Below are positions 19,444 through 28,568 of a stretch of 64,000 nt of DNA, piece by piece; within the stretch, counting starts at the first letter, position 1; every line of letters begins with the position of its first letter. The notes beneath the pieces were generated by a model. That model worked only from the letters and a program-made list of their open reading frames with translations. It ran no database searches and was not told the origin of the DNA. The position numbers were made by a program, and so were the translations under genes. Source of the stretch: a virus (Duplodnaviria; Caudoviricetes); the IMG/VR virus record IMGVR_UViG_3300015050_001523, positions 64,001 through 128,000 of that record. One strand, 5' to 3'.

Positions 19444-19836
19444 TTATACAACCTTTGCGAATCCATCATTGGTTGAAAAATAAATGTTGCGACAACCAAC
19501 AACATCCAAAAATGCGGAGCAGCAGGAACAAGGCTTGCTCATCCTAAGCGATCCATTCTTATTTAGACGAATATTCAAAATGTCAAAAGGCTTTTGATAG
19601 TCGATGATTCCCTTTGCCTTACGATAAACATCGTTCTCAGAGTGAATCTTCCCAAAATCTTGGGAATAGCCAAAGCCTTCAAGTGGCGGACCCTTTCGAT
19701 TCATTCCCATTTCCAAGATTTTATTATTTTGAATAATAAACGAAAAATGGTGAAAAGAGCCATATTCAGGATGCGAGTCTGGGTTGTTCTTCGCCCGAGC
19801 CATCGCAACACACTGCTTGATGATTCGCTTCCTCAT
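19444..19836 (-). CDS. zinc-dependent cytidine/CMP deaminase-like protein
   Basis: HSE ... PCSCC; start moved to 19836, 7 nt after a -10 box. Confidence 0.8.
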   Translation of the reverse strand: MRKRIIKQCVAMARAKNNPDSHPEYGSFHHFSFIIQNNKILEMGMNRKGPPLEGFGYSQDFGKIHSENDVYRKAKGIIDYQKPFDILNIRLNKNGSLRMSKPCSCCSAFLDVVGCRNIYFSTNDGFAKVV

Positions 19837-19842
19837 GCTTAA

Positions 19843-19870
19843 AGGATAGCGCGAAGCCATCGAAAGTCAA
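19843..19870 (-). promoter_or_regulatory. sigma70-like promoter (leaderless deaminase)
   Basis: TTGACT-16-TATCCT. Confidence 0.7.
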
Positions 19871-19891
19871 GGAGAATCGAACCAAAATCAA

Positions 19892-19921
19892 TCAATATGG
19901 CAATATTAATCCATTTCTCAT
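19892..19921 (-). pseudogene. 5' stub of an HREDGPA-family gene (MRNGLILPY*)
   Basis: AAATATGAGAAATGGATTAAT matches the starts of copies 2 and 8, then stops after 9 codons. Confidence 0.6.
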
Positions 19922-19923
19922 AT

Positions 19924-20397
19924 TTATCTTCCTATTAGTTCTATTCGATTTAATGTGTTACTTTGTTTTTTTAATTTCAATTCAAGTTCTCTAATTGCTT
20001 CTTCTAGAACTACAGCCAACATTTCTAAATGCTCTACTCTTTCTTCTAGGGTTTTTGTAGTGGCAAGATTGGATGGATTGTGTAAGGAGAAAAGCCAAGC
20101 TAATACGTCACGTGTATAAAAAACGTGGTCTTTATCGATCTGGGCTTTAAAACCGACTCGTTTGCCACGCATATGATTACTTAGACTATTCCACAGCTCA
20201 TTAGAAAGATTCTTTTTAAGCTTTGCAATAGTCCATCCTATCGCCGTGTCAGGTTGTTCTCCAATGATTAACATGATTAATTCTTGTTCGTGCAACTCCG
20301 CATTTTTAGCAGGTTGCGCTATGGAGCTATTCTGTGGGCGATTCCATTTTGGAGAATTATTAATAAAATCCATAAAGTTATTCCTATCTAATTTCAT
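19924..20397 (-). CDS. hypothetical protein (C-terminal coiled coil)
   Basis: Tiling ORF. Confidence 0.65.
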   Translation of the reverse strand: MKLDRNNFMDFINNSPKWNRPQNSSIAQPAKNAELHEQELIMLIIGEQPDTAIGWTIAKLKKNLSNELWNSLSNHMRGKRVGFKAQIDKDHVFYTRDVLAWLFSLHNPSNLATTKTLEERVEHLEMLAVVLEEAIRELELKLKKQSNTLNRIELIGR

Positions 20398-21412
20398 AAC
20401 CTTCTAAAATAAGATTATCTCGAAGTAAGTTATTTAGATTATTTACTTCATTATTCAAAAGAGAACGGTCTAAAGATCTACAATTTATTCTATAGCAATA
20501 TGAAGTTTTTCCATTTTTGTTTGTAAATTTATCAATTTGCACAACAGATTCTGCCAAATCTCCAAAAACATTTCTAACATGTTCATAAAAATCATTTGGA
20601 GAATAATTATCTGGCTCCCAAAAAGAGATATCTTTATAGCATAAAGGATATTTTGAATAAGGTTGAAATTTTGTAATTTCTCCTTCTTTGAATTGAGACA
20701 AAAAGCGATCGTCTTTTGACCAGAAAAGTCTAATATCTGGAATCTCAAAAAGAATCATTGCCAATCTTTCAAGTCCCAATCCGAAAGCCCATCCCAAATT
20801 TGAAACTTTACAATTAGACAAAATTTCTTGATGAATTACTCCACAACCAAGAACTTCTAATTTTTTATCATTCCAATTTACTTCAAATTCAAATGAAGGT
20901 TCTGTAAATGGAAAATATGAATTTGTAATTTCATATGTGCATTCAGGAAATAAATAAGAAACTAAAGAAGATAAAGTTGACAATAAATCTTTTTCAATGT
21001 CTTCTTTTGATGCATTTGGGATTATTTTTACTCCCTCCATTTGATGGAATACTGGATAATGAGAAGAATCAATTTCGTCCCTCCTAAAGACAGGGCCAGA
21101 AACTAAAAACCTTTCTTCTTTTTTATTTAGAAAATATGTTTGATGTGCAGAAGTATGCGTCCTTAAAACTTTGTTATTGTCTAAATAATAAGTGTCAGAA
21201 ACGCTTCTAGAAACATGATCTTTTGGAATCAAAAGGCTATCAAAATTATCATATATTTCAACAATAGGATCTAAAGAATCAAAACATTTAAATTCTTCAC
21301 CAAAGAATGATTGGATTCTTTTTTTGATAATTGATATTGGATGATTTGGAATTAGATGAAGATTTCTATCTTTTATTTTCCAAATATTTTCTGGAATGTT
21401 TAATCCTATCAT
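20384..21412 (-). CDS. pheS: monomeric (mitochondrial-type) phenylalanyl-tRNA synthetase: catalytic domain plus FDX-ACB
   Basis: NFDSLLIP.DH.SR..D.YY, LRTHTSAHQ, FRRDEIDSSHYPVFHQMEG, YFPFTEPSFE, GWAFGLGLERLAM, C-terminal YP..KDISFW..DKF..CYRI. Confidence 0.92.
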   Translation of the reverse strand: MIGLNIPENIWKIKDRNLHLIPNHPISIIKKRIQSFFGEEFKCFDSLDPIVEIYDNFDSLLIPKDHVSRSVSDTYYLDNNKVLRTHTSAHQTYFLNKKEERFLVSGPVFRRDEIDSSHYPVFHQMEGVKIIPNASKEDIEKDLLSTLSSLVSYLFPECTYEITNSYFPFTEPSFEFEVNWNDKKLEVLGCGVIHQEILSNCKVSNLGWAFGLGLERLAMILFEIPDIRLFWSKDDRFLSQFKEGEITKFQPYSKYPLCYKDISFWEPDNYSPNDFYEHVRNVFGDLAESVVQIDKFTNKNGKTSYCYRINCRSLDRSLLNNEVNNLNNLLRDNLILEGYEIR

Positions 21413-21428
21413 ATTTTGTCATCTTTCG

Positions 21429-21986
21429 TTATTTTGATAATTCCATTGATATACTGTGCATGGCGATTCCCGAAGCCGTCCCAACATTAACACTTCTTAC
21501 TGAGCCTCGCTGTTCAATATGAACAACCTTGTCACAAATTTCTAGGATTTCTGGCTGCAATCCTTGCTGTTCTTCTCCAAAAAAGAGCAAAGAATTTGGT
21601 TCCCATTTATGTTCTTTTAATGGGGTAGAAACTCCTGGAATTATATCCATTGCAATAAAATGTGAATATTTGCTGCGCAAATCAATAATTTGATTAATTG
21701 ATGAAAGATAAATTACATCTGAGTAGTGGTACGATCCGATTGCTCCTCTTTTATCAAACTTTTTTCGAGGACCATAATAAAAAATTTCTTGGGCACCAAA
21801 TGCATTTCCATTTCTGATCAAAGTTGAAAAATTAAAATCTCCATGAATCTGCATCATTATTGGAGCAAAAGGAAGAGTTAATTTTTGGATTTCATTTTTG
21901 ATTTCTTCGGTTGTCATTCCTTTGTATTGGTCAACAACATTTCCAAAATTGCCATTATTTGGTGCAGTATCTGGTAAAGTATTCAT
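21429..21986 (-). CDS. SpoU/TrmH-family (SPOUT) RNA methyltransferase
   Basis: N..TLIRN..AFG, FGEEQQGL, RSVNVGTASGI. Confidence 0.85.
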   Translation of the reverse strand: MNTLPDTAPNNGNFGNVVDQYKGMTTEEIKNEIQKLTLPFAPIMMQIHGDFNFSTLIRNGNAFGAQEIFYYGPRKKFDKRGAIGSYHYSDVIYLSSINQIIDLRSKYSHFIAMDIIPGVSTPLKEHKWEPNSLLFFGEEQQGLQPEILEICDKVVHIEQRGSVRSVNVGTASGIAMHSISMELSK

Positions 21987-21988
21987 TA

Positions 21989-22384
21989 TTAAATTCCAAG
22001 CTTATTTTTTAAGCGTTCTAATTCTTTTAAATCTCTTTTAAGCTGCTCTTCTTCTGATTTTTGTTTTTTTTGTTCTCTCTCTTCTTGTTCTTGTTTTTTT
22101 CTAATAGAAACTTTTTCATAAGTTGCATTGTTTATTAGCTCTTGAAAATCTTCTGGGAGGTTTTCATTTGTAAAAAGCTTATATTCATATTCTGCATGCC
22201 AATTTTCCTTTGGCTGTGCTTCATATTCTGAAATTTTTTCAATCAGGTTATTCTGATCTGAAAATTCATATAATGAATTATATGAATCTAAAGCATCATA
22301 AGCACCAAATCCATAAGTTATAGAAGAGTATTCTCTAATAACAACAAGAACATATGGAAGACTTTTTATGATATCAAGATTCAT
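21989..22384 (-). CDS. hypothetical protein
   Basis: Tiling ORF with charged C-terminal helix. Confidence 0.65.
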   Translation of the reverse strand: MNLDIIKSLPYVLVVIREYSSITYGFGAYDALDSYNSLYEFSDQNNLIEKISEYEAQPKENWHAEYEYKLFTNENLPEDFQELINNATYEKVSIRKKQEQEEREQKKQKSEEEQLKRDLKELERLKNKLGI

Positions 22385-22692
22385 TTGGATATATTTCCTG
22401 CTTTATTGAATAATTCTTTCAAATTTGAAAGAATATAATTAAGAGATTTTCTCCTTTTAATTTCTTTCCAATAATTTTCTTCAGAAAATTCTTTTCCATT
22501 TATAAGATAAAATTTGGTTCCACTTGAATTTTCAACAGCCGGACTATCTTTTCGATGAAGAATCCCTTTTATATAATAAGATTTATCTCCACCTAAATAT
22601 TCGCAGGCCGGAAGATTTCCTTCTCGATGAAATTGCCCATTTAAATAATATCGTTTGGTTCCATATGCATCAATAATTAATCCATTTCTCAT
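22381..22692 (-). CDS. HREDGPA-repeat family protein, copy 8
   Basis: Two repeats, KSLNYILSN. Confidence 0.85.
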   Translation of the reverse strand: MRNGLIIDAYGTKRYYLNGQFHREGNLPACEYLGGDKSYYIKGILHRKDSPAVENSSGTKFYLINGKEFSEENYWKEIKRRKSLNYILSNLKELFNKAGNISK

Positions 22693-23231
22693 ATTTTATT
22701 TCTTCCTTTGTGCTTGTAAACGTGTTCGTAGTATGTATTTTTATTAATTCCACGAAGAAAGGATTTTGCTGGGCCAAGGCCATAAACAGGCATTTTATTA
22801 TGAGAAAATCCATTTTCTTCAAGCCAAAAAAATGCTTGTTTCCAATCTTCTGGAAGCTTATTTGGATTTTGGCATTTAAGAATCTCTTCGCCTTCATCTC
22901 CATCGGCCGTTACAATGCAAACAGAAAAAAATTTAGCCCAATTTTTTTTATCTTCACCTGTTAGTTCTTTTGCAACTAGCCATTCATAAGCAAAAATTCT
23001 TGTTTCATCTTCGTCTCCAAATATTGCATGACAAGCTTCATGAAGAATTCCTGAGCGAGAACGATTAGAGTTGTTTTTATATAAAACGATTGGAGCTTCA
23101 TTTACACAAGCAAGTTGGCTTCCCCAATCTGAAAACATTTCATCCCCCCAAATATATTCAAGGCGAGGATCGTCATCTTCTGAAGTGTCTATACAAATTC
23201 CAAGTGCATTGACTAGACTTATAATGTTCAT
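22689..23231 (-). CDS. HExxH-motif putative metallopeptidase
   Basis: ILHEACH..E. Confidence 0.55.
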   Translation of the reverse strand: MNIISLVNALGICIDTSEDDDPRLEYIWGDEMFSDWGSQLACVNEAPIVLYKNNSNRSRSGILHEACHAIFGDEDETRIFAYEWLVAKELTGEDKKNWAKFFSVCIVTADGDEGEEILKCQNPNKLPEDWKQAFFWLEENGFSHNKMPVYGLGPAKSFLRGINKNTYYEHVYKHKGRNKI

Positions 23232-23419
23232 TATTTATAGATCAAAACAAGAATGGTAAATAAAGAGACAAGAAATAAACTAAATAAAACTCCACGTGTC
23301 CAAATAAGTTTCATAATTACCGCATGATCTTCATGCATGCAGCCTTTTAAGAATCTGATTCTTTCTTCGTAGGAATTGATGATTTGTATCTTTTCATTTT
23401 CTTCTTTATAATTGAGCAT
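23231..23419 (-). CDS. small membrane protein
   Basis: C-terminal TM helix. Confidence 0.6.
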   Translation of the reverse strand: MLNYKEENEKIQIINSYEERIRFLKGCMHEDHAVIMKLIWTRGVLFSLFLVSLFTILVLIYK

Positions 23420-23503
23420 AAATAACCTTGACCTTCATGATCTCATTGTAACTCTTCTGCATGAGAAGTCAACTCTTTCAAGTTTTCATTTTTGTTGATT
23501 TTA

Positions 23504-24097
23504 TTAGGTCTGAAAATTTCTAAAAGTTATATTAATTCTGGGCTTCCAAACCTTAGTTCTTTTAGGAAGAGAATGATCCCAATTTTTTTGAGTTTCTCCT
23601 TCCATCAAAAGCAAACTCCCATTTTCAAGAATTATTTTTCTTTTATTTTTATGATCGGTTTTTTTTCTTAATAAGAAATCTCGTTCGGCGCCAAAGCTAA
23701 CACTTGCAATTTTTGAACCAATTTCTGATTCATCATCAGAATGCCAGCCAACAACATTCAAACCTGTCTCATATAAATTAACAAGGGCAGAATTAAATGT
23801 TGTTTTACAAATTCCTTCAATTTTATTTTTTATATCTAAAAGAGAAGATGACCAATAAATTGGTTCAAGTTTTATTCCAGAATAGATATAAACTATATCA
23901 GGACTATCGGCAAACCATTGATGTTTTCGTGGAACATTATGTGTTTTTCCATATACAGAAATTTTGTCTTGCCTCCAAAGAATTGAATTAAATAATTTTT
24001 CGAAAATCAAATTGGGATTTTCAAAATTTACAATGTTTGGAGGATAGTAATTAACAACTCCCGAATTATCATCAATAATTGATATTGAATTCGTCAT
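23504..24097 (-). CDS. alkB: AlkB-family 2OG-Fe(II) dioxygenase
   Basis: FNSALVNLY..G...GWHSDDE, IASVSFG, LENGSLL.M, HSLPK, RINITFR. Confidence 0.9.
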   Translation of the reverse strand: MTNSISIIDDNSGVVNYYPPNIVNFENPNLIFEKLFNSILWRQDKISVYGKTHNVPRKHQWFADSPDIVYIYSGIKLEPIYWSSSLLDIKNKIEGICKTTFNSALVNLYETGLNVVGWHSDDESEIGSKIASVSFGAERDFLLRKKTDHKNKRKIILENGSLLLMEGETQKNWDHSLPKRTKVWKPRINITFRNFQT

Positions 24098-24537
24098 TTT
24101 GTTTGATCAAAATCAAAAGGACGTAAAAGAGGATCATGATATGTTTTTGGTGATGGAAGATATTTCTCTGGAAGCTCATCTAATTTTACTTTTGTTATGC
24201 GAGATCGCATATAAAGTTCACCAGAAGGAACTTTCTCTTCTAAAATGGCTCCATAATCACATAAAAGCCCTTCATTTGAGCTGTGTTTTGAAAGTAGTTC
24301 ATGCATTGTCAACAAACCATCAAGATATTCTTTAATTGATTTTTTCTCTGAGCGAACAAATAGAGTTCTTGTAATGGTTGGCTCACATGTTAAATCGCAA
24401 GAACACCATTTTTCAATATAAGATTCTCCATCTTTACCAATCCACTCAGACAATAAAGGTCCTTGAAAATCTTCAAGATCACGAACATATTCTAATTTAG
24501 GCAAATTAGATTCTGTTCCAATAATTGGAAATATCAC
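24094..24537 (-). CDS. hypothetical protein
   Basis: Tiling ORF. Confidence 0.65.
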   Translation of the reverse strand: MIFPIIGTESNLPKLEYVRDLEDFQGPLLSEWIGKDGESYIEKWCSCDLTCEPTITRTLFVRSEKKSIKEYLDGLLTMHELLSKHSSNEGLLCDYGAILEEKVPSGELYMRSRITKVKLDELPEKYLPSPKTYHDPLLRPFDFDQTK

Positions 24538-24776
24538 TTTTCAACCTTTTCTTCTTTTTCTGGTAACTGCGATTGGCAAGCTGAGTTTAAACCGTTGTCC
24601 CATGGCGTGTCAGTCTCTCCACACGTAACGCAGCGTATATCGTAGATGGAGCTATCAGAGAAGCGTATTCGATGGCCTAGCGAGTCTGGCCTGATCAGGT
24701 ATGGATCTTCCCCAAAATTATCTCTGGTTGCGCGAGCAATAATAGTTTCTAATTGGTTAGTTGATTTTTGAGTCAT
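24534..24776 (-). CDS. hypothetical protein (CVTC)
   Basis: Tiling ORF with GC-rich core. Confidence 0.6.
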   Translation of the reverse strand: MTQKSTNQLETIIARATRDNFGEDPYLIRPDSLGHRIRFSDSSIYDIRCVTCGETDTPWDNGLNSACQSQLPEKEEKVEK

Positions 24777-25050
24777 AAGTTTCTTTATAATTTCTAGTTT
24801 TTAAAAAATCTTCTGGGTCCAAATCCAGAAATATTGCTCTTTTTACATCTTCTGCCAACTCATCATCAATTGCATATTCTTCAATTTTTGAAATAACTTC
24901 AGAGCGAGACCAAAAATCTTTGAACTCTATAAGAATATCGTCATCTTCGCCTTCTTTTGTTACCGAAATAAAAAAAGTATTCAAAGGCTTGTCAAGTCCG
25001 GCAACAACTTCATATTCTGGATTTTTTGAATTTAATTTAATTCTACTCAT
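24757..25050 (-). CDS. hypothetical protein
   Basis: Tiling ORF. Confidence 0.65.
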   Translation of the reverse strand: MSRIKLNSKNPEYEVVAGLDKPLNTFFISVTKEGEDDDILIEFKDFWSRSEVISKIEEYAIDDELAEDVKRAIFLDLDPEDFLKTRNYKETYDSKIN

Positions 25051-25069
25051 TTAATTTTCTTCTTTATCT

Positions 25070-25489
25070 TTAATATAATTTAAGATCTTTGGTAATTGGA
25101 TCAATTTTTGAAGAGAAATCTGGCCCAATTGCAACAGTTGTATAGGTCTCAATTCCTTTAAATTCTGTCCTTCCTGAATCCTTTATTATTGAACAAATTA
25201 TATTTGAATCATTTGCTTTATTGTAAATATCTAAAAGTTCTTGTTCTGAATCAACAGTTAAACAAATTTTTGTAAATGAGCCTTGCATCCATTTGTGCAT
25301 GGCCTCTGAATTATGAACAAACTTGCAACAATACTCATTGTTTATATTTGAATCAATATTGTTTGAATTTTGTTCTTTCATTAAGTTTAAAAAAACTGCA
25401 AGAGAAGCATGGGCACCTTGGGCGACTTCTTTTCCCCTTCTCATTTTTAAATCTTTTCTAATTACTATAACTTGTTTTATATCGCTCAT
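25070..25489 (-). CDS. pth2: peptidyl-tRNA hydrolase, Pth2 type
   Basis: KQVIVIRKDLKMRRGKEVAQGAHA, TKI.L.V.SE.EL, DSGRTEF, T.VAIGP, LKLY. Confidence 0.93.
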   Translation of the reverse strand: MSDIKQVIVIRKDLKMRRGKEVAQGAHASLAVFLNLMKEQNSNNIDSNINNEYCCKFVHNSEAMHKWMQGSFTKICLTVDSEQELLDIYNKANDSNIICSIIKDSGRTEFKGIETYTTVAIGPDFSSKIDPITKDLKLY

Positions 25490-25503
25490 GATTCTAATAT
25501 ATT

Positions 25504-25821
25504 TTAAATTTTAATGAAATCTTTTTTAAGATTTGAAAGAATAAAACTAAGAGACTTTCTCCTTTCAATCTCTTTCCAATAATCTTCTTCAGAATATCTT
25601 CTATCGTCTAAATAATAGTCATAATCTTTATTTCCCCATTCGATAGCAGGGCCGTCTTCTCTATGAAGTTTTCCATGGATTCTCCATTCTTTGGTTCCAC
25701 CATATTTATCTTCGAAAGCGGGTCCATCTTCTCGATGGAGCTTGTCATTTAAAAAATACCACTTGGTTCCTAATTTATATAGATCAACATGTAACCCGTT
25801 CATTATAGACTGATTTTTCAT
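25504..25821 (-). CDS. HREDGPA-repeat family protein, copy 9
   Basis: Two repeats, KSLSFILSN. Confidence 0.85.
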   Translation of the reverse strand: MKNQSIMNGLHVDLYKLGTKWYFLNDKLHREDGPAFEDKYGGTKEWRIHGKLHREDGPAIEWGNKDYDYYLDDRRYSEEDYWKEIERRKSLSFILSNLKKDFIKI

Positions 25822-25847
25822 AATTTTATTCCTTAAATCTTAAAATC

Positions 25848-26318
25848 TCAACATGCAAAATCGCATATTTTGTATTCGTTTTTAGCATTCTTTCCCCAAT
25901 GATGCAAGGAATATTGCTCTGAACGATCTAATTTTAGTTCATGCGCAAAAGCACGTATTTCATGATTTGGAGGCGTTGAATTTGCATCTTTTAGATATTC
26001 CATTTCTAGCCATCGAAAATCCTTAACATCCCAATCATAAATTTTAGGCAAGAATTTATGATTTGATTTAAGCCAATTATTAACTTCTTTTTTATTTTGG
26101 TTATGAAATTGGTGGTCGCTACTATCTGGGCCTTCCCATTCTATTTTAAGCGCAACTGGCTCTTCATATTCTTTTATCTTTAATTTATAAACTGTTCTAC
26201 AACATCCACTGCCAAGATATTCTGAATATTTATTTAATATTTTTCTAGCACTTTGATCTTTTCTTTTCTCAATTAAGTTGAGCAACTCTCGATATAAAGA
26301 TTCTTTTATTTGTTTCAT
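25848..26318 (-). CDS. protein-kinase-like fold protein
   Basis: YLGSG..RTVY, VALK, E, LPKIY, LEMEY, terminal ICDF. Confidence 0.7.
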   Translation of the reverse strand: MKQIKESLYRELLNLIEKRKDQSARKILNKYSEYLGSGCCRTVYKLKIKEYEEPVALKIEWEGPDSSDHQFHNQNKKEVNNWLKSNHKFLPKIYDWDVKDFRWLEMEYLKDANSTPPNHEIRAFAHELKLDRSEQYSLHHWGKNAKNEYKICDFAC

Positions 26319-26400
26319 TTTGTTCTTTCTTTTTCAAGACAATTTTGACTTTCCAATTTTATAAATTTCTGCTACACTCCTAAAACAGATTGAACAAAAA

Positions 26401-27150
26401 ATGAAAAGAATTTTTATCAAAGATAAACTTAAATCGTTAGATACCAATATTGAAGATGTTCCTCTTGGTGTTTTCGATGAGATTGGCGAATACTGCGCAA
26501 AAAAAGCAAGACAACCAACAAATAAATATTATAATTCAGCAGGATGTTTTTTTCGTCCAAATTATGAACGTGGAATCCTAATTGATTCCATGGTTAGGCG
26601 CTATAGGCCAAAATCATTATTGGAAATTGGTTTTGGCCGCGGATATTGGTCAATGTGTGCAGCAATGTCAATGACAAATAATAGAATTGATGGAACTATT
26701 GATTCTATTGATGTTTCATATGATAAAACCCATCTTGACAATATGGAAAAGATTTTTCCTAAAAACTGGTTGTCAAAAATGAAACTATGGGAAGGAACAT
26801 CTTTAGAAGTTTTGAATAATCATATGCCCGACAAAACTTGGGATATTGTATATATCGATGGAGCCCATACCTACGATGCAGTAATTGCTGATTTTAAAGC
26901 CATTATGAATCGAACGAATATGTTTGTTATTTTTGATGATTATTATTTTGAAATGGATGAAACGGCCCCAGATATTCAGGTTCGACAAGCTGTTGATGAT
27001 GCTGTTTTATGGGATAAGGAATTGATCCATATGGATAGATTAATTTTTTCTGACGATAGAGAATCATGGAGATCAAATGAAGATCTAGAAAAAATGAAAT
27101 CTTCAACCTATGGCCAAGTAATCGCAAGAAACCCAGCATTTAATGGCTAA
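26401..27150 (+). CDS. class I SAM-dependent methyltransferase
   Basis: LLEIGFGRGYWS, SID, DIVYIDGAHTY..V..D, FDDY. Confidence 0.85.
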   Translation: MKRIFIKDKLKSLDTNIEDVPLGVFDEIGEYCAKKARQPTNKYYNSAGCFFRPNYERGILIDSMVRRYRPKSLLEIGFGRGYWSMCAAMSMTNNRIDGTIDSIDVSYDKTHLDNMEKIFPKNWLSKMKLWEGTSLEVLNNHMPDKTWDIVYIDGAHTYDAVIADFKAIMNRTNMFVIFDDYYFEMDETAPDIQVRQAVDDAVLWDKELIHMDRLIFSDDRESWRSNEDLEKMKSSTYGQVIARNPAFNG

Positions 27151-27413
27151 GTTTCTTCTTTTGTTATTTCGAGAACGCCAAAGTCAACAAGATTCCAGTC
27201 ATCAATAATCTTTTTTGCATCCTCGTCTCTTAGCTCGATTGAATCAGGTTCTTTGCTGTAGTTTGTTGAGGTTCTACTATACTTTTTTATTTCATTAAAG
27301 ACATCTTGAATGGTTGGCTCAGGTGGGAAATTTCCATCCGGCCAAATTTCAAATTCATCCATAACAAGGTCAATAGTGTATCTAATCCTGAATTTTGAGC
27401 TATAATCTTTCAT
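27147..27413 (-). CDS. hypothetical protein
   Basis: Tiling ORF. Confidence 0.6.
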   Translation of the reverse strand: MKDYSSKFRIRYTIDLVMDEFEIWPDGNFPPEPTIQDVFNEIKKYSRTSTNYSKEPDSIELRDEDAKKIIDDWNLVDFGVLEITKEET

Positions 27414-27429
27414 AATTTTATTTCTTTAA

Positions 27430-27714
27430 TTAATAAGTAAAAGTGAACCAGCCACGAGTTGAAGTTGATTGATATTGAATCAGTCCGATTGTTCCAACTT
27501 CTGGTTTGCCAACTACCTGATTACTCATTAGATAATAATAATCTCCATTTTCATCTTCGTCCTTTATAACCCATTTGTATCCAGTTTCAGGACTTGGGAC
27601 TTTTAGAATTTTGGCTTTTTTCGGTTCGTTTTTAGTCGCAGCCATAACTAGCACCATATCCTTTCGGTTCGTCACTATGATCATAATCATCATTGTAATC
27701 ATGATCCTGTTCAT
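27430..27714 (-). CDS. hypothetical protein (true start likely ~27650)
   Basis: 5' part overlaps the previous gene in another frame. Confidence 0.5.
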   Translation of the reverse strand: MNRIMITMMIMIIVTNRKDMVLVMAATKNEPKKAKILKVPSPETGYKWVIKDEDENGDYYYLMSNQVVGKPEVGTIGLIQYQSTSTRGWFTFTY

Positions 27715-27919
27715 CGATGTCTAAGTCTTCACATAATTCTTCACATAGTGTCATTCCGGCGGCAGCATCATTAAGTTTATTTTCAGAATCAATAAATTCT
27801 TCAGCGTCTTCTTTATACTTAAAGTAAGCCAAGGTAAGAGGTTCTGGCTCCTCTTCAGAAATAAAATCATCAGTAATGACAAAAAAGAGACCATGTTCTT
27901 CTGAAATAATTGTAGCCAT
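27632..27919 (-). CDS. highly acidic hypothetical protein
   Basis: Tiling ORF, D/E-rich. Confidence 0.65.
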   Translation of the reverse strand: MATIISEEHGLFFVITDDFISEEEPEPLTLAYFKYKEDAEEFIDSENKLNDAAAGMTLCEELCEDLDIDEQDHDYNDDYDHSDEPKGYGASYGCD

Positions 27920-27922
27920 AAT

Positions 27923-28180
27923 CTATCCCTTCGTTTGCTGCTTTGTCCAAATGTTTAAGGTTTGAATATCAAGTGCCTCATTTAGTGTTTTGACTTTAAC
28001 TCCAAGCAGTTTACCATATTTTCCGGCCACATAACCAGCTCCATAGTCAGCTGATTCATTGCTTACAGGCCGCCCAGTTTTATTTTGTTTATCTCTTTGG
28101 CCATCATCATATCCAGCCAAAAAATGATTTTCTCGTTCTTTTATATTGAGACCTTGTTGCTGTTGTGTTTCAAGAGTCAT
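27923..28180 (-). CDS. hypothetical protein
   Basis: Tiling ORF. Confidence 0.65.
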   Translation of the reverse strand: MTLETQQQQGLNIKERENHFLAGYDDGQRDKQNKTGRPVSNESADYGAGYVAGKYGKLLGVKVKTLNEALDIQTLNIWTKQQTKG

Positions 28181-28186
28181 TTTTAT

Positions 28187-28372
28187 TTAATCTTTCTTCT
28201 CGTATGAGATTTTGATTTGGGTTGAGCGACGAACATCACCAAGCGGCCCTCCATAACATTGGCCTTGACCTATGGTTCCAGGCTGAACTTCAATGGCGAG
28301 ATCATATATCTTTACATCAAGATGATCGGCAAGAATATTAAGTATTTCGTTATGGTTTAGTGTCTTTTTCAT
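28187..28372 (-). CDS. hypothetical protein
   Basis: First ORF after promoter TTGACT-16-TACAAT (28407-28434). Confidence 0.6.
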   Translation of the reverse strand: MKKTLNHNEILNILADHLDVKIYDLAIEVQPGTIGQGQCYGGPLGDVRRSTQIKISYEKKD

Positions 28373-28568
28373 AAGATTTTTTTTGGTATATCTTTGTCCC
28401 TTAGTGATTGTAGCACCTCTTCATTGGGAGTCAAGAAGATTTAATTACCATATTTTTATTCTCTGAATAAAATAGAATAACATATTGAAAAATAAAGACG
28501 CAAATATGCTAACAAACAAACTTACTAAAAATGCAGATAAAGTCATTCAAGGATTCCTATTGGTTTTG

